The translations under genes and the position numbers were made by a program. 60,897 nucleotides of DNA, from assembly GCF_001194135.2 (NCBI RefSeq), contig NC_068982.1, forward strand, positions 154,396,221 to 154,457,117. Reading direction: 5' to 3'. Position 1 is the stretch's first letter. Each line of letters opens with the position of its first letter. Source of the stretch: Octopus bimaculoides. Its lineage: Eukaryota. Shown here piece after piece: positions 27,456-42,671 of the stretch. The notes under the pieces are model-generated. The model did not search any database. It was not told the DNA's origin and was given only the letters and a program-made list of their open reading frames with translations.

Positions 27456-28060
27456 CAAATACACGTACGAAATATTGAACGAACGTAAGAAAGTAGGACT
27501 CAACACATTCAGTAGGAGTCTTTAATATATAATGACAGAGTCACTATGATAATCGATCTGGTTTGGAATAAACTTAAACGAATAACATTGCCTGAATAAA
27601 AGACTCAGTAACATAAAGAGGGTGAAATGCTATAAATTGTTGACAGTAACTTTGAAGTTTCACTAATTGTCGCTTCCTTTTTTCTTTCTCTATCTCTTTC
27701 TTTCTTTCTTTCTTTCTTTCTCCATCTCTCTCTCTTTCTCTCTCTTTCTTTCTTTCTCTCTCCTATACATATGTCTCTGGACTTCAGATTGTTTATGTCT
27801 CATTTTTTCTGAGTGTGTGTGTGTCTACCACTTTATCCTTCTTACTCTCTCTCTCTCTCTCCTTCCCTCTGTCGTTCTCTCCGCCTCTCTCTCTCTATCT
27901 CTCTCTCTGTCTCTCTCTCTCTCTCTTTCATTCTTTCTATCTTACACGCTCTTCCCTTTTACCACTTTCCTCTCCTCATTATATTCTTTCCTATTCACCA
28001 GTTCCACCATTCTTTCATCTGTTTCATTTTTCTCACTCCCTTTCTCGTTCTCTGTCTCTT

Positions 28061-28108
<48 letters not shown>

Positions 28109-29282
28109 TCTCTCTCTCGTAAGCACTCACACACACACACACACGCACAAAACCCCTCTCATCTCCGTATGTTTAACTTGTTACATGTAGGTGTATTTAG
28201 GTCTTCATCAGTCGGTGGATGTGTGTGTGTTTGTCAAACATATACACCATGTGTGAAGTTTCAATCTAATGATTCACTTATTGGTCTGTTTTGTCTATCA
28301 GTAAGCAGTGACGGGGTGTTGAAAGTCCTATCAGAGAATCTAAAATGCGGGTGGTCCTGGACGACATCTCGAAAGACGAACCATAGGGACTAAGAAGACC
28401 TACCTTAGGAATTATTTGTTTATGCCAGATTTGCTCGCTTCTGTTTCAGGCGAAGTATTATGGTTGAGTGGCAGATATCTGGGAGTATAAGAACTGCGTG
28501 AGACATCGTGGAGAGAAAGGTATCGCTATGTTTGAAAAGATAAATAAGGAATACACTCTGTCGTGCACAAAATTGTATGTATTACCAAGGTGACTATTTC
28601 GTCGAATTGACAAGGCGTCGGATAGAATGCCTTGTGGCACTCGTTCAGGTTTTGCAATCTGAGTTCAAACCCCAACCGACGTTGATTTTTATCCTTCTTC
28701 CTTTCGGATTTCATAAATTATCCGTCTACCACTATACTATGGACAATTGCCCCTCTCCCCACCTCTCCCCATTCCCCCCTCTCTCTCTGTCCTATCTATA
28801 TTTCGAAGGCCTAGCCCTTGTCACATTATGTCACGCTGATTTGTCCCGAAAATTATGTAAAAGATACTCGTGTGCGTACCCTTTATTTGTTCGGGCTAGT
28901 GAATGGTCATCGTCCTGATCGACAAGGAACCCCCACCATCCCCCCCTCGTTCACCACGTATTTTCACCTAAAGTACAACCAGTGAAAATGTTCAGCGCTT
29001 TAATATGTTTTTTTTTTTTAACCAAGAGAATCTACTTAGAAAATTTTAGTCTCGTTTGAACCAAACGAGATCGCTTGATCTGTTAAAAATAGTAGTAAAA
29101 TCAACCTGATATCACACATTAATTACAGCAAATAGGGACATGCTGGATAAGGATATAGTCCTATATGTAAATTGCCATGGAATGGTCATGGTCGGAACGC
29201 TTAATCAGAGTTGACTTGAGGCTAAACAACATCTAATTCATTTGAAATATCACATATAAAGCATAGATATTCCTTTCAAATT

Positions 29283-29490
29283 TTTGGCACAAGGCCAGCA
29301 ATGTTAGGGCGGGGGGTAAGTCGATTACATCTACCCCAGTGCTACAACTGGTACTTATTTTATCGTCTCCGAAAGGATGAACGGTAAAGTCGACCTCGGT
29401 GGAACTTGAACTCAGAACGTAAGGACTGACAAAATGCCGCTAAGCATTTTGTCCGGCGTGTTAACGATTCTACCAGCTTGCCACCTTCGT
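29283..29490 (-). mobile_element. SINE family 1
   Basis: ggcacaaggccagcaatg...aagtcgattacatctaccccagtg...gtcgacctcggtggaacttgaactcagaacgtaa...ttaacgattctaccagcttgccacctt. Confidence 0.8.
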
Positions 29491-30004
29491 GAAGCATAGA
29501 TATTAATGGTGGTGAGTTTGTGATCAATTTAGATTAATCAAAACCGTTCAATGAATTTCAGACGCCGGATAACTCTGAATATACATCATAAACAATTTTT
29601 TCTCCATCTCTCTCTCTCTGTCTCTCTGTAGGAAACGTCTAAATATACACATAAACACACATACACACTGTTGCTTCTGTATGAACACCTCTTCCATAAT
29701 GTGTGTGTGTGTGTGTGCATTGTTATATATTATAATAAACGTCTACAGATGTCCTCTTGTTCCAGACAATCGGACTGTCTTTTCTTTAATAGTATTTCAG
29801 TTCTGGAGAATTCTTGATTCTTGAGGTCACCTCTTTTTCTCATTTGAAGATGGTCCCCAATTGCTGGCAAGTGATTGTTTCTGCTCTCCCTGGAACGGGA
29901 GGTAATTTCAATAAATTAGAAATTTCTTTAAAGGTATTCAATATACCGTTATTCGTCTTTGTTATTCAAATACATGCTATTAGCCACTGAGTTATTTCTC
30001 TTAG

Positions 30005-30039
<35 letters not shown>

Positions 30040-31889
30040 GTGCGTCTGCTTGAAGATGACAGGACGTGGTGGAATTTGAGTTACAAGTTAAATATACAAT
30101 TTCTCTCTCTCTCCCTCTGTCTGTCTCACTCTTTATCTATCTATCTCCGCACACACGCATACACATAATGTATGTATGTATGTATATATGTTTGTACACG
30201 TGGATAATACTCCGCATATATTAATATATTCAGTTTCAGCAGTTGAGGAGTTTACGCCTAAACTAAAGATGAACGTTTCCCTAATCTAGATAAATTATGA
30301 GGCTTTTAACAGGAATGAATATTTATTAGAACTCAGAAGTTTTGCAATTCAGAAGGTTGGAAATTAGGATTGCTTGCTTTCATTTTGATTGTAATCGGAA
30401 ATTTGTATGGACAGAAATGAATGAGTGAACTAGAGTCAGAAGAAGGAACATCTTCTGAAAGGTTTAACGGGGAGAGACAAAAGTCTATATTCACACCATT
30501 ATGTATCTCTTATCCCAGTCAGCATCTGGTTAAGTTAGATCGCTTACTTATCTGGTTTTTATTGTGAAAGATTTGTCAGATGGTGATGATCAAACCTTTT
30601 CATGTATTTATCAATTGATGCTGTTAACGTTGGTTAGCTTTAGCTCAGCCTTGATCAAAGAGACTAACAATGATCAAAAGTGTTCCATCTGTGACTAAGG
30701 GATTCCATTGTCTGATGTGTTCTTGAATCTTTAAGAATCAGTCACCGATTTATAGATTTTAAGTGAAGTTGTGAGGACATTTACATATTTAAAGCAATTT
30801 TTTTTTCCTTTTTGTTTTGCTTTGTTTTCTGTTTGGCAGAAGGTATCTTTCTATTTTAGCAAACGACTGAAAGGTGTTACTCTCACGGGTCAAACGTAGT
30901 CCAGTGATTTTGCTTGTCTTATCAACCAAGCTGTTCTCGCTACGGATACTATTCATATTACAATCACTATGTTGGTTAATCAAAACAAATCTAAGCTTCT
31001 GCTATTTTCCGAGTGCTGAGTCAAGGTTTTCGCAATCTGCGTCTTTGCAATCTGAGTTGAATCCACTTACTTTTACATCCATCGCTAATGATTTTTAGGA
31101 GTATGGTCAGTAGATTGTATCTTATTCGGGGGACTGAAAATAAATCCGTACCTAAGGCATTTAACTTTTAGAGATGAGGTTATCTGTAAAATTTGATCTG
31201 AGAAATTTGATCAAAGTACCTTCTCCTCACTTGTGTTGGACTAGATGTCTTTCAAGCTAATAATGCTTGAAGTCGCTACTCCTCACGAAAATTCGGTGGG
31301 TCATTAGGATTTGTGTCATGCCTCACCCTTAAAGCGCAACCAGCACTAACAAATTATAAATGTTGATAAAATTCACGACTGTAAGCAGTGGGAGTGTAGC
31401 AGAATCGACGATTGTTACGTTGGATTGAAACAAAATCTATTTGCAACTGACTAGTGTTCTCCTCGGGAAGTGATTTTATCTCACACTTACTCGACACCAC
31501 AGAAACCGGGTTTGTAAATCGCCCTTCTTCGAATAAGGCTTAGCACTTTTGGTTCCAATGCCGTTTGGAAAGACTTGAACATCACAAAATCTCGATCCTC
31601 TAAGCTTCAAATCTATATACGTCGCCACCACAGTCTGTAGTTAAAACCGTTAGGAAAGATATGAACATCATAAAACTTTTATTCTTCTCGCCTATAAAAG
31701 TAATGTTTAACGTTTAAAGGCTTATAACATCATCATCATCATCATCATCATTAATGACAGAATTTTCGCTCAGATTTCCTCCTAAAAATGAGAAAAAATA
31801 GAATATTCAACATCATTAAAGGAATCATAATAACCATTTGTTGTTTACTCATACGTGGTGTATCTCTCCCCACTCTCTGTTTCTCTCTG

Positions 31890-31941
<52 letters not shown>

Positions 31942-32038
31942 TTTCTCTCTCTAACTCTATTTCTGTCCATGCCTTCTTTTCCTATTACCTTAATACATCC
32001 AGTGGGAACGCCTCCTTCTTTAGCTGCCTGTTTCTCCG

Positions 32039-32083
<45 letters not shown>

Positions 32084-32269
32084 TTCACAGTTTTCCTAAT
32101 ATTTATATCTCCAATCAAGCCTTAACTCCTCCACCTACACAGCTACCCCCCACCCCCGTTCCCATCTACTCCGCCACTTTCAACATATCAATCATTCATT
32201 CTCCCTTCAATTTCTTCTGGAACCTTTTAAGGCAGAGTTCCCGCCTCACACGTTAACAGAAATATGAAA

Positions 32270-32300
<31 letters not shown>

Positions 32301-33524
32301 GGAAATATAAAAAAAGAAAGACAGAAAGAAGGAATAAATATTGAAATAAATATATAAAGAAAAGACAAATAATTATGGAACGAATGAAAAGAATAAAGAA
32401 AAAACAGCAAAAAAATGAATGAAATTTAGAAAGAAAACAAGAAATAATGAAATATAAAACGAATTTCATGAAAGGAACAAAACAGAAAAAAAAGGAATAA
32501 GAAAAAAAGCAAAGCAAACCAAATCAGAACATGACACGGATCCTCGTAATTGTACCTCTGGGGTCGATTTTTCTATAAATGATCCAAGAAGAGAAAGTAT
32601 ATGCATACATTGATAAATTTTACTAAGGCAAAAAATAAAAACCCTTTTCAGAGGTCGAGGAGGAGTGTAGAGGAAGGAGTAGGGTTGGAGAGATGGTTGG
32701 TTGAGAGGAGAGAAAGGGGTATGGGTGGAGAGATAGGAAAGATGGTGGGCTTAGAGTTAGAGTTGAGTGCTGATTTTTGAAAGGTGAAACACCAAACAGA
32801 ACACTAACATTTCGTGTCGCTTTCTGTAAGCTGTGCTAACAAAAAACATTACGTAATATATACACATACACGTATGTGTGTATATGAGTGTGTGTATGAT
32901 ATATGCTTAAGCACACAACTGCATAAATCGTGTGTCTGTGTCTGTGTGTGTCTGTATGTGTATACATGCATTCTAGCTTAGAAACAAGATCTCGATCTGG
33001 GAACTGGTTGATAATTGCCGATAAAAGTCGACCACTATACTCAGCTGAACCTGTTTTGAAAATGAAAGGATTAATTTGATTACGTAGTCCTACATACACA
33101 TAAAAATAGGTGGCGGGGGGGGGGGGGGGGGTTATCGCTGGAACTCTCTTGAACAGAAGTCTTTTCAATCGGTTAAAAACCTGGTGCTAAGGAGCAGTAA
33201 CAATAACTGGCACTCAGTTTTATCGACCCCGAAAGGATGAAGAGTGACGTTCACTTGAGCAGGATTCGAAACCAGAATGTATAGAAAGATGTAACCTAAT
33301 AGCGACAAGATACTTTGTCCGACACTCTACCAATCGTGCTAACCTGTTTCTGTCTTTAATGAGGAAGGTCAAAATTGTCAAAGAGGCCAAGTTTATGCTA
33401 GACGGTATGGTGCAATTTGACGAGGATTTGGCTGTATTACGTAAGAAGTCGAATGATAAATAGTTAGCAGGGAAAAGAACAAATAGTTAGTGAAGAAATT
33501 AATAACTTTTTTTAAAGTTGTAAC

Positions 33525-33557
<33 letters not shown>

Positions 33558-34656
33558 GTAGGTAGATAAGTATATAAATAGATAGATAGAGAGAGAGAGA
33601 GAGAGATTGATTGATTGAGAGATATATGAATGAATNNNNNNNNNNNNNNNNNNNNNNNNNNNNNNNNNNNNNNNNNNNNNNNNNNNNNNNNNNNNNNNNN
33701 NNNNNNNNNNNNNNNNNNNNNNNNNNNNNNNNNNNNNNNNNNNNNNNNNNNNNNNNNNNNNNNNNNNNNNNNNNNNNNNNNNNNNNNNNNNNNNNNNATA
33801 TATATATATATATATATATAAACTCATTTGACATTGGTACTCAAGTTAATTATATCTACTCCACTATTTGACTAAGTGCTTATTTCTTCGGGATCCTTTG
33901 TACGTCTATTCCACCTGCCACAAATATCAAATAAATCTCCTTCAAAACACGCCCTACTCTCTTTAAAGTGGACGGTCAAGTCTAGGAACAAGTAGGGGGG
34001 AATAAACGGAAATGATCATTCCTGGAACATCATTCCTCAGAGTTCTGATCGAAGCGTAAATGGACGTAAGTAAATATCGCACAGTAATTACTCCGGTTCG
34101 CTATCATTTCTGACACTCTATCCCATTCTATGTTTTGGAGCTGGTAATCCAGCTTGGCCTTGACCATGATAGCTAAAACCAGCTGAAAAGCAGGCTACAA
34201 AAATTAAATAAAAAACGCTAAACAAATTTATGTTAATAGCTAGTGACGAATGCAAGAAATTAAAGAATATTTTACATGAAATAAACACATTAACTCCCTG
34301 CCTCTGATCGGAATTGAGTTCGTTTACATATAAACTTGTAAAGGGAATAAAGAATAGCAGAAATTAATTAGATATTGCCAGTTTAGAAGAGAATTTTGCA
34401 AATCACATATAAAAAGAAAAGAAAAAGAAAAGAGAAAAGAAAAATAGAACTGAAGGACAATTGGTCAGATCTCCATCTTGCAAGACATGCAGCAGGAGCG
34501 GTGTGAAGATACCAGCTGCTCGGTAGGTATTCACATAGATTTCTGTCTCCTCCCATCTTTGTTCAAGCGACGACCCTCCGTCCTGCTACCTGCCTACTCA
34601 ACTCACAGGGCTCTCTGAACAATATATCTTTATATATATGTATGTGTATGATATAA

Positions 34657-34700
<44 letters not shown>

Positions 34701-36074
34701 ATGTATGCATGTATGTATTGCAGTCATTCTTTTCCCTTTGGTAAATAGCCTGACAGAATAAAAGACAGATGACGTTAGAACTTTTATATTGTTTTGCTAT
34801 GTTACATAAGCACAAAGTCACTAGATTTATAAGAGATGGATATGAGATTATATAACATTCATGCCACTCCTTCCTCACAAGCATTAATTGTGCCAGTTTC
34901 ATTTATATATTTTTTATTCATATTTGTTTTATCTGGGAATTGAAACTTTATAGAATCGTCCACTCGTTGAGAATGTACCTCCATCTCTATTGACTCCTCC
35001 TTGTGTTGATGAATAAAGCATCGAGGTGTGACAGTCGGGAAATATTGAAGGGTTTTTAATGAACTACGCTGTAGTATATAATAATCGTAAACGGGGAAGG
35101 CTCACAGGTATCCTTTCATCTACATTACCATGTGTCCTTTGTGATGAAAGTTAACAATCAACACCTAATGGCGAGCAAGAACTACTGTGCATTGCAATTT
35201 ACAGCTGTAAGCAATATTTGCTCCATAGAGTTTGTAAAATAGTTAACTGCTTTATTAGTTTGCTATATTAAGTTCAACTTCTTCTACCGTGGACGGTAGA
35301 GAATTACTCAGAAGGGTAGAGAAAGACGAAATCTCTACAAACCAAACTTGGCTTATTATTACTTACTTTTTAAGATGGAGGAGCAGTGATCCATGATCAC
35401 TTTTGCAGAATTTCATAAACCAGAAAGATCGATATTGATTGAATATGTTCAGTCTCAATTTCTGTTATTCGAACTCGGTAAGAAAAAAAAAGCCAGATCA
35501 GAGACGGAAATTTCAGAGGGAAATATCTGGGAATAGAATATTTTAAAATGCTTAATATGGAAAGATGATACACAGCAAAGATTATGAGAGAAGTGTTGGG
35601 GAGGGGAGAGTGAGAAGGGGAAGATATGTATATCGAGTGGTTTGAGGAAAAGAGATACGCAGCTTGCTGGATAAACGGAATTGCGGTATAAGTATCAAAG
35701 AGGAGAAATTGTAACGCTTTGCTATGGGAATTTTTGCCACTGTTTACTATAACAATATGAACATGCAGAGTGTTGTGCATGCAGTATTATAAAAATATAA
35801 TAAAATGGCATATCGTATAATATCTGGAATTGATTCCATTATTTATGCATCAACTGAATATCAATTAAACTTTCCAGATCACAAAATATTCCACTAGTCA
35901 AAATAAGTCCTGTATAATTATTTCATTTGTTCCTTTCACTCTATGTTGAAATCGAATTTCGCCAGGCACACGAGTAACATTTGACAGATTATACATCGTT
36001 TTACTTCCTCTTATTCTCCATCTCTTTTCTCTTTTTTGATACCTCATTTTCTCTCTCTGTCTCTGTATATCACA

Positions 36075-36139
<65 letters not shown>

Positions 36140-38318
36140 CACTCACACACACACCGTTATGCGCATAGGTGAAAAGCAACAGAAGTACTGGCTGGATTTG
36201 AATTCAAAATGTCTTGGTACTCTACTATAACCTGAGTTCACTTTTAAAAGTCCATAGTTGTGCAACATTTTTAGTATCTCAGCGACATACTAATATAACA
36301 TAATCAATTGTAATATAATCAATAGTGTGTCAATATAAAGTGCTGAGTGAAAGTCTCAACATGCCAGTACTGATTCATCTATTGGAAACCCACATGTCAT
36401 CAAAGGCCAATTGCTGATTGGATAGGTTACTCCCATAGCCCGATCTGTTGCCCAGGCCTATGACAGCTACAAAATTATGATTAAATACATATCCGAACTC
36501 TTTTTAGACGTAAATTTTCTGAAACTCATTATCCAAATATAACTTTCTTCTTATGAGGGAAGTTTGAGTACTATCTGTAGCAGAAACAATATCAATAGAA
36601 CGTCTTAGATAAATATTTGGTCTCATTACTGTATGTAATCAGTTTGACTGTGAAATTAAACCCACGAGAGTCTCTGCAACCGTTACATTATTAATATCAG
36701 TCGACCAATTTCATTGTTATTGAAGTATTCACAAGGATTTGCTGTCTTTCCTTTCTCAGATAATCAGTGAAAGTAACTGAAAGCTACTAATTAAAATGTA
36801 AATGTAAAATGCGGCGGTCATAAATTCATTTACATAATAGTGTAAAGTTTGACAGCTCGACAATAGTTAATAGAGTACCAATACTGCGTGCTATATGAAT
36901 AGTCAAACTTATAGGATCATAGTCATATGCTTTGGTCTCATTGTGAAATTTGACATATTAGGGCTAATTTCACAGAGATGTATATGTATTAGTTTCACTC
37001 ATCGGTAATTAGAAGGAAAAGGTCAGTGAAACTTGAATTTCTGAATAATGAGACCAATCGGTTCAACCTTCAGTTTGAACTACGTCAGTGCCCTCGTGGG
37101 TCAAATTTCACAGTGCGGCTAATATGAATATGATTCCATGATAGTTGATTCTTCAAAACCCACGCTTTCTTGATACTTTAACTATTGTCGAACTGTCAAA
37201 AAGTATAATCATTTTGTAAATGTGCTTGTGACTGTCACGTACTTGTTTACATTTTAATAAGTACCCTTCAGTTGCTATCATTGGTAGTTTTAGAATGAAA
37301 AGTTGGCAAATGCTGATGAATTTTTAAGCAGCACTGCAACTAGACGATTAACCCTAGTAGCAAAGAGGCCGCAAAAACCTTCCTGAAGGTCTTGAATCCA
37401 GCTAAACTAATTCCAAATATTTCCTAATATAAAGTGCTCCAACGGAGGTGTTTGTGCTTGATTGATCTGCTAGAAACAACAATCAAATCACTCTTTTAAA
37501 TGAAAGTCACACTGAATAATGAATTTTACATGCATCGTCTGAAAAAGTAAGCAGTGGCTCTTGATCAAAGATCTACTTGATCACAGCAACAGCTTTTATG
37601 CCTATATTGTCCAGAATTTTCAATCAACTGACCCTATTGCTGTTATCTCTCTTCTTTGAAATCTTTTTCAATTTGTCAACTAATTACTTGGATAATCTCA
37701 ACTGAACGATTTCCCACTCACTACATTACATACGTGTATTTGTATTTACGATGGAGACCGATCTTCTGGATTATCTTCCCTCAGCCATCATCTAACTGAT
37801 TGTCATTTTACTCTGTGTGCATGTGTGTGTGCATGCGCGGTGCGTGCATGTTTGGCTATGTGTGTGTGTGCTGTTGTTATTGATGTTTGATCCTAGATTT
37901 CGACTAAGTAGAGATAAGGCCAAAGGCATTCCAGCCGTGACCACGACATCTTTTTAGGAATATGTAGAAAATGTATTACATAAGTGACGAAGCATAAGCA
38001 TCCTCAGTGTTGCTCAACCCTTACCGAGTAGTCCAACCATACCAACCGTGGCCATCTTTCCTTTTCCCCATGTGGATCGAACTCAGAACCATATTACCCA
38101 ATTTATCGACTTTTAAGACACTAGGTTCTCATCTATGGGATATTTGGTTGCTGTTTCTAGCAGTTCTGTTGACCTCACATAGGCTCCTTCGTTCACTTTG
38201 TCTCCGTCATTGCTACATATCTGTACGTATTTGTTTGTATGTGAGTGTTGTATATGTCTTTATGTATGTACGGCTTTATATCAATAACCTTGTATGTTTG
38301 GTGGTGGCTAAGTGCATG

Positions 38319-38362
<44 letters not shown>

Positions 38363-38769
38363 NNNNNNNNNNGTGTGTGTGTGAAGGTGGGATACAGACA
38401 AACAGATGTGAATAAGCAAGCCGATAAACAGAGACGGAAGGTATGCGAATGTGTATAATCTTACGTTCTTATATTCATGTATACTTTCATTTGTGTGATT
38501 CTCCGCGCGAGTTTTTGTGTTTACATATTTGTTTGTGCGGCAATATCTATTGAATGTGAGTATATATTTGTTTGTGCCTGGGTACATACATACATATATG
38601 CGTGTGTGTGTGTGTGTGTGTAGTTGTGGGTATGTAAATGCGTGTACGTGCGTGTTTGCGAGTGTGTGATTGGTTATATGTCAGTGAGTGTAGACTGTGT
38701 GTGTGCTTGTGATTGTAAGTATGCATGTATTGTGCATGTGTGTGTGTGTGTATGAATGTATTGCGTGTG

Positions 38770-38800
<31 letters not shown>

Positions 38801-40010
38801 CTGCGTGTGTGTGTGTGTGTGTGTATTTGACCTTTATGATGCCCAGAATCGTTTTTCTGTAATATTGTTGTAANNNNNNNNNNNNNNNNNNNNNNNNNNN
38901 NNNNNNNNNNNNNNNNNNNNNNNNNNNNNNNNNNNNNNNNNNNNNNNNNNNNNNNNNNNNNNNNNNNNNNNNNNNNNNNNNNNNNNNNNNNNNNNNNNNN
39001 NNNNNNNNNNNNNNNNNNNNNNNNNNNNNNNNNNNNNNNNNNNNNNNNNNNNNNNNNNNNNNNNNNNNNNNNNNNNNNNNNNNNNNNNNNNNNNNNNNNN
39101 NNNNNNNNNTTTACTCTTCTTCTTCTTCCAATCGCTTTCACTCCATATCTCTCTGTATTCTATCTTTTCTATCATTCTTTTTTCCATTATTTCCCCTTGC
39201 ATTCCTTTTCTATGTTCATATCAAACTTAACAATTCCATCCTCTTATGTGTGTATGAGTCTTTCTCAATGCATGCGAACGCGCGCCAGCGTGTGTATGTG
39301 TGTGTTAAGTGAAAAATTACTTACAAAACCACCTATGCTGATGATGTCTCCACCGATTTTGCCGCCCCACCACCGCCTTCGTTATACCAAGTGGTTGATA
39401 TTACCGACAAAGACCTTTGTAAGTATTGTCCCAACATGGGCAAGGGTAGTTAACAGAGCCTCCTCCTTGTATTTGACTGTGCCTTATTTCTTCGACCCAG
39501 GAGAGGATAAAAATGACATCGGTAAGATTTGAATTCAAAATAAAAAAGGAAATGACAAAGTTATGTTGTGTCATACATCTTGATTTTGCACACATCTGGT
39601 TTTTGCCTCAGTTGTTTACATCGTCCAATTCACCTAGTCATAACAATGAACGAAGGTATGGACCTTGACACGATCGTTAGCCCTGCTAGACATCGTACCC
39701 AATTCTCCCTCCGATCTCTTAAAATTCTCAATTCTCTTAAAAAGTGAAGGGTAAGTTTGAAAAAAATAGAACAGCCAAGATGAGGACGATTGCAGCATTG
39801 TTGATAATCAGTCTGCTCGATCGGGTCGTACCTGGAGCTGAACAACATCTAGTATGGAATCATTCAATATCATCAAAAGTATAAATGTATGAGTAGATGT
39901 GAGTGTGCGCGTGTATTTGTGAATGTGTGCGTGTATTTGTGTATGTGTGCGTGTATGTATAGGAGAGATATGTAACTGTGTATATATGTATATATACATA
40001 TGGCCTAGTG

Positions 40011-40042
<32 letters not shown>

Positions 40043-41164
40043 CTGTATACATGCATGTATGTTTGGAGAGAAAGAGACTGAGATAGAAAGAGAAAGAAAG
40101 GAAGAAAGTGAGAGAGGCTTACATATGCTCTAATAGATATAACATATAGTTATGCACTTACATATATACACATATTCACACGTTTGTATATGCTTGTATA
40201 TAAGTGAATTTGTATCCGTACAATGACACTAAGCTTTAACCTGGTTTTTCTAGTTTACCTATCTAAAGTGCACGAACATATATTTACAAGGCTGTACGCT
40301 TAGAATCCAACAATGCTGGGGCTTTATTATTTTTTTCTCCCTTTTCTCTCACAGAATAACACTTTAACTGTTGCACCAAATTGATCAGGGGGATATAGAA
40401 GCGGCTGATCTAGCCAGTCGCTGGTGTGAACTGGTCAGGTGACCACAAGGAAGATTGTTACTGGATTGTTTAGTTGAGACGGCTTCCTATTCTTCTTATT
40501 GAACTTTAATTACAACCCTTCAGGACTGACCGTGGGAACCTTACATATGATGAGTTATAGTAACTCCTGCAATAATTAATTGGTTTTGAACATCAGTTAT
40601 TGATCGAAGCTTACGTAAGAATTTGCAGTAATCATTGTTTGAAGTTGGCACATTATCAATTACACGTTTTTCGTGTAAGTTTTATAATAAATTGAGAGGA
40701 AGAAGAGACTGGTCGAAAGTGGGAATAGATGTTTACAGATATTAATTATCTGCGAAGTTACTTTATAAGTATGAGTTGTGTTTCTTCGGTGTAAGATCGG
40801 TTAGTATTATTTCTTGGTCGTTGATTGGTGCTAGGTTAGTCGGTGGATGAAGTATACAAGGAAAAATAGAAATCACTGGAAAGAAGAAGCAATGTATCCA
40901 ACTGTGGTAACAGCACGATATGTGGTCACATCTTATAATATGTTATATGTGAAAGTTGGCTGATAATGGGATGGAATATCGTCACAGCATTTGTTAAAGC
41001 AGTACCTAAATTAAGATAGAACGAAGGATTATGGCTTTTTGGCTTATGTGGAAAGCACGTAGAAAAAAAGAAAACCCCCTCAAAAAACGAATAAAAGTTG
41101 TTGTTTAAGTTGACATCTGGACACTAGCTAAACAATGCTAACGTTTCAGAATTATTTCTTTCTA

Positions 41165-41372
41165 ATTATGGCACGAAGCCTGCAAGTTTGAGGGAAGCAG
41201 GAAACCGATTACCTTGACTTCAGTGATGAATTGATATTTATTCTATCGGCTCTGAGTGGATGAATGGCAAAGTCGACCTCGGCAGAATTTGAACCCAGAA
41301 ACCAAAGAACCAGAAGAAATGCCGTTACGCATTTGATCCGGCGTGGGAATGATTCTGCCAGTTGGCTGTCTT
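41165..41372 (-). mobile_element. SINE family 1 (diverged)
   Basis: ggcacgaagcctgcaag...ggcaaagtcgacctcggcagaatttgaacccagaa...gattctgccagttggctgtctt. Confidence 0.7.
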
Positions 41373-42671
41373 CCGTTTCAGAATTGTTTTGATTTCTAAA
41401 CAGTTTTATTTCTTACTCCAGCAAATAGATATATCTACTTCAGCAATGTAGGGTAGGCTTTACTTCGCTGATGATTCCAAAATAAAGTAGAAATATCTTT
41501 GACGATGTATCAGTCTTGCCATAAAATTTAACGAAAAAATATTATCAGTTATCGATATATACTTCTTTTTTACTCAATATATAGTTTCTATTTTCGAATA
41601 TTTAATGTTCCATATATTGAATATACTGACAACCACCGAAAAACTATGGTCATCCGAGCCATAATTTAATATCTATATTCACTTTGGTATTCTTCGAATG
41701 CGATTATATCGAGCCATCATCCTCAGAAAGTACTGGTTATATCAACCCCAGTACTTTATCTGGCACTTACTTCACGGCAATATAAAGTCAGTACTGGCGT
41801 ATGAAAGATTATTCAGTCGGACGGACTTTAATACCAAAATTTATTTCTTTTCGAATGTATTAGTTAAAAGAAACCCTATTAAACACCCAAACACAAACAC
41901 ATGCACATATACAAACACACTCATATATACCTATATATTTCTTCACACATAACGGGCTTTCACGTAGTTTCCGCCTTTTATCCAGAAGGTTTTTTTAAAT
42001 ATCGCTAATCTGTTGTTGAAGAAACTTGTCCAAAATTTAGCACATTGGAATCACTGCGATGGTTACGATGCAGACTTCTTAAATGAAATAGTCTTACTTT
42101 TTATTTCTGTCAATTTTTTTTCAAATTGAGCTGAAAAATTTAACCTCGATATCTTAATCTACGCTCTTAATGAGCATCGGCTGTTAATATTTATAACGTA
42201 AATATCTGAAGTAAAACAAAGTTTGAGACTTAGGATAAAAATTTTACATATAGACGTGTTTTTGTCCTAGTAAATTTTAAGATTCATCATCATTTCACAA
42301 TATTTCTATTGAGAATGTGACTATTTTTCTAACATATTCTGTGACATCATTACGATCTTACTGTTGTATCTCTTCTCTACAGTTTCTTGTCATGTATTGT
42401 CTTGGGCCCTCATCTATTAACGGAATCGTGAGGGCGCTGACCCGAAACAGACACACGATTGTACTTCGACCGTCCAAAGGTTTTACCTCTTCCACTACTA
42501 CATGCTACTTCAATTTTTTATTGGAAAGCCCTCTCCTAAAGGGTTTTTTTTTTCCTATTAAGTTGCATAAATTAATGCTCGCCCATTAGCGCTAGGTCAA
42601 ATTTAATAACAATACAAAATACCGAATATTACGTCTAATTTAAATCTAATTGAAATTCTTTTCTTTTGCAG

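Noticed and set aside
36381-36421. Cluster of CCAAT/ATTGG boxes as a promoter
   Set aside because: Short motifs with no adjacent exon or TSS evidence.
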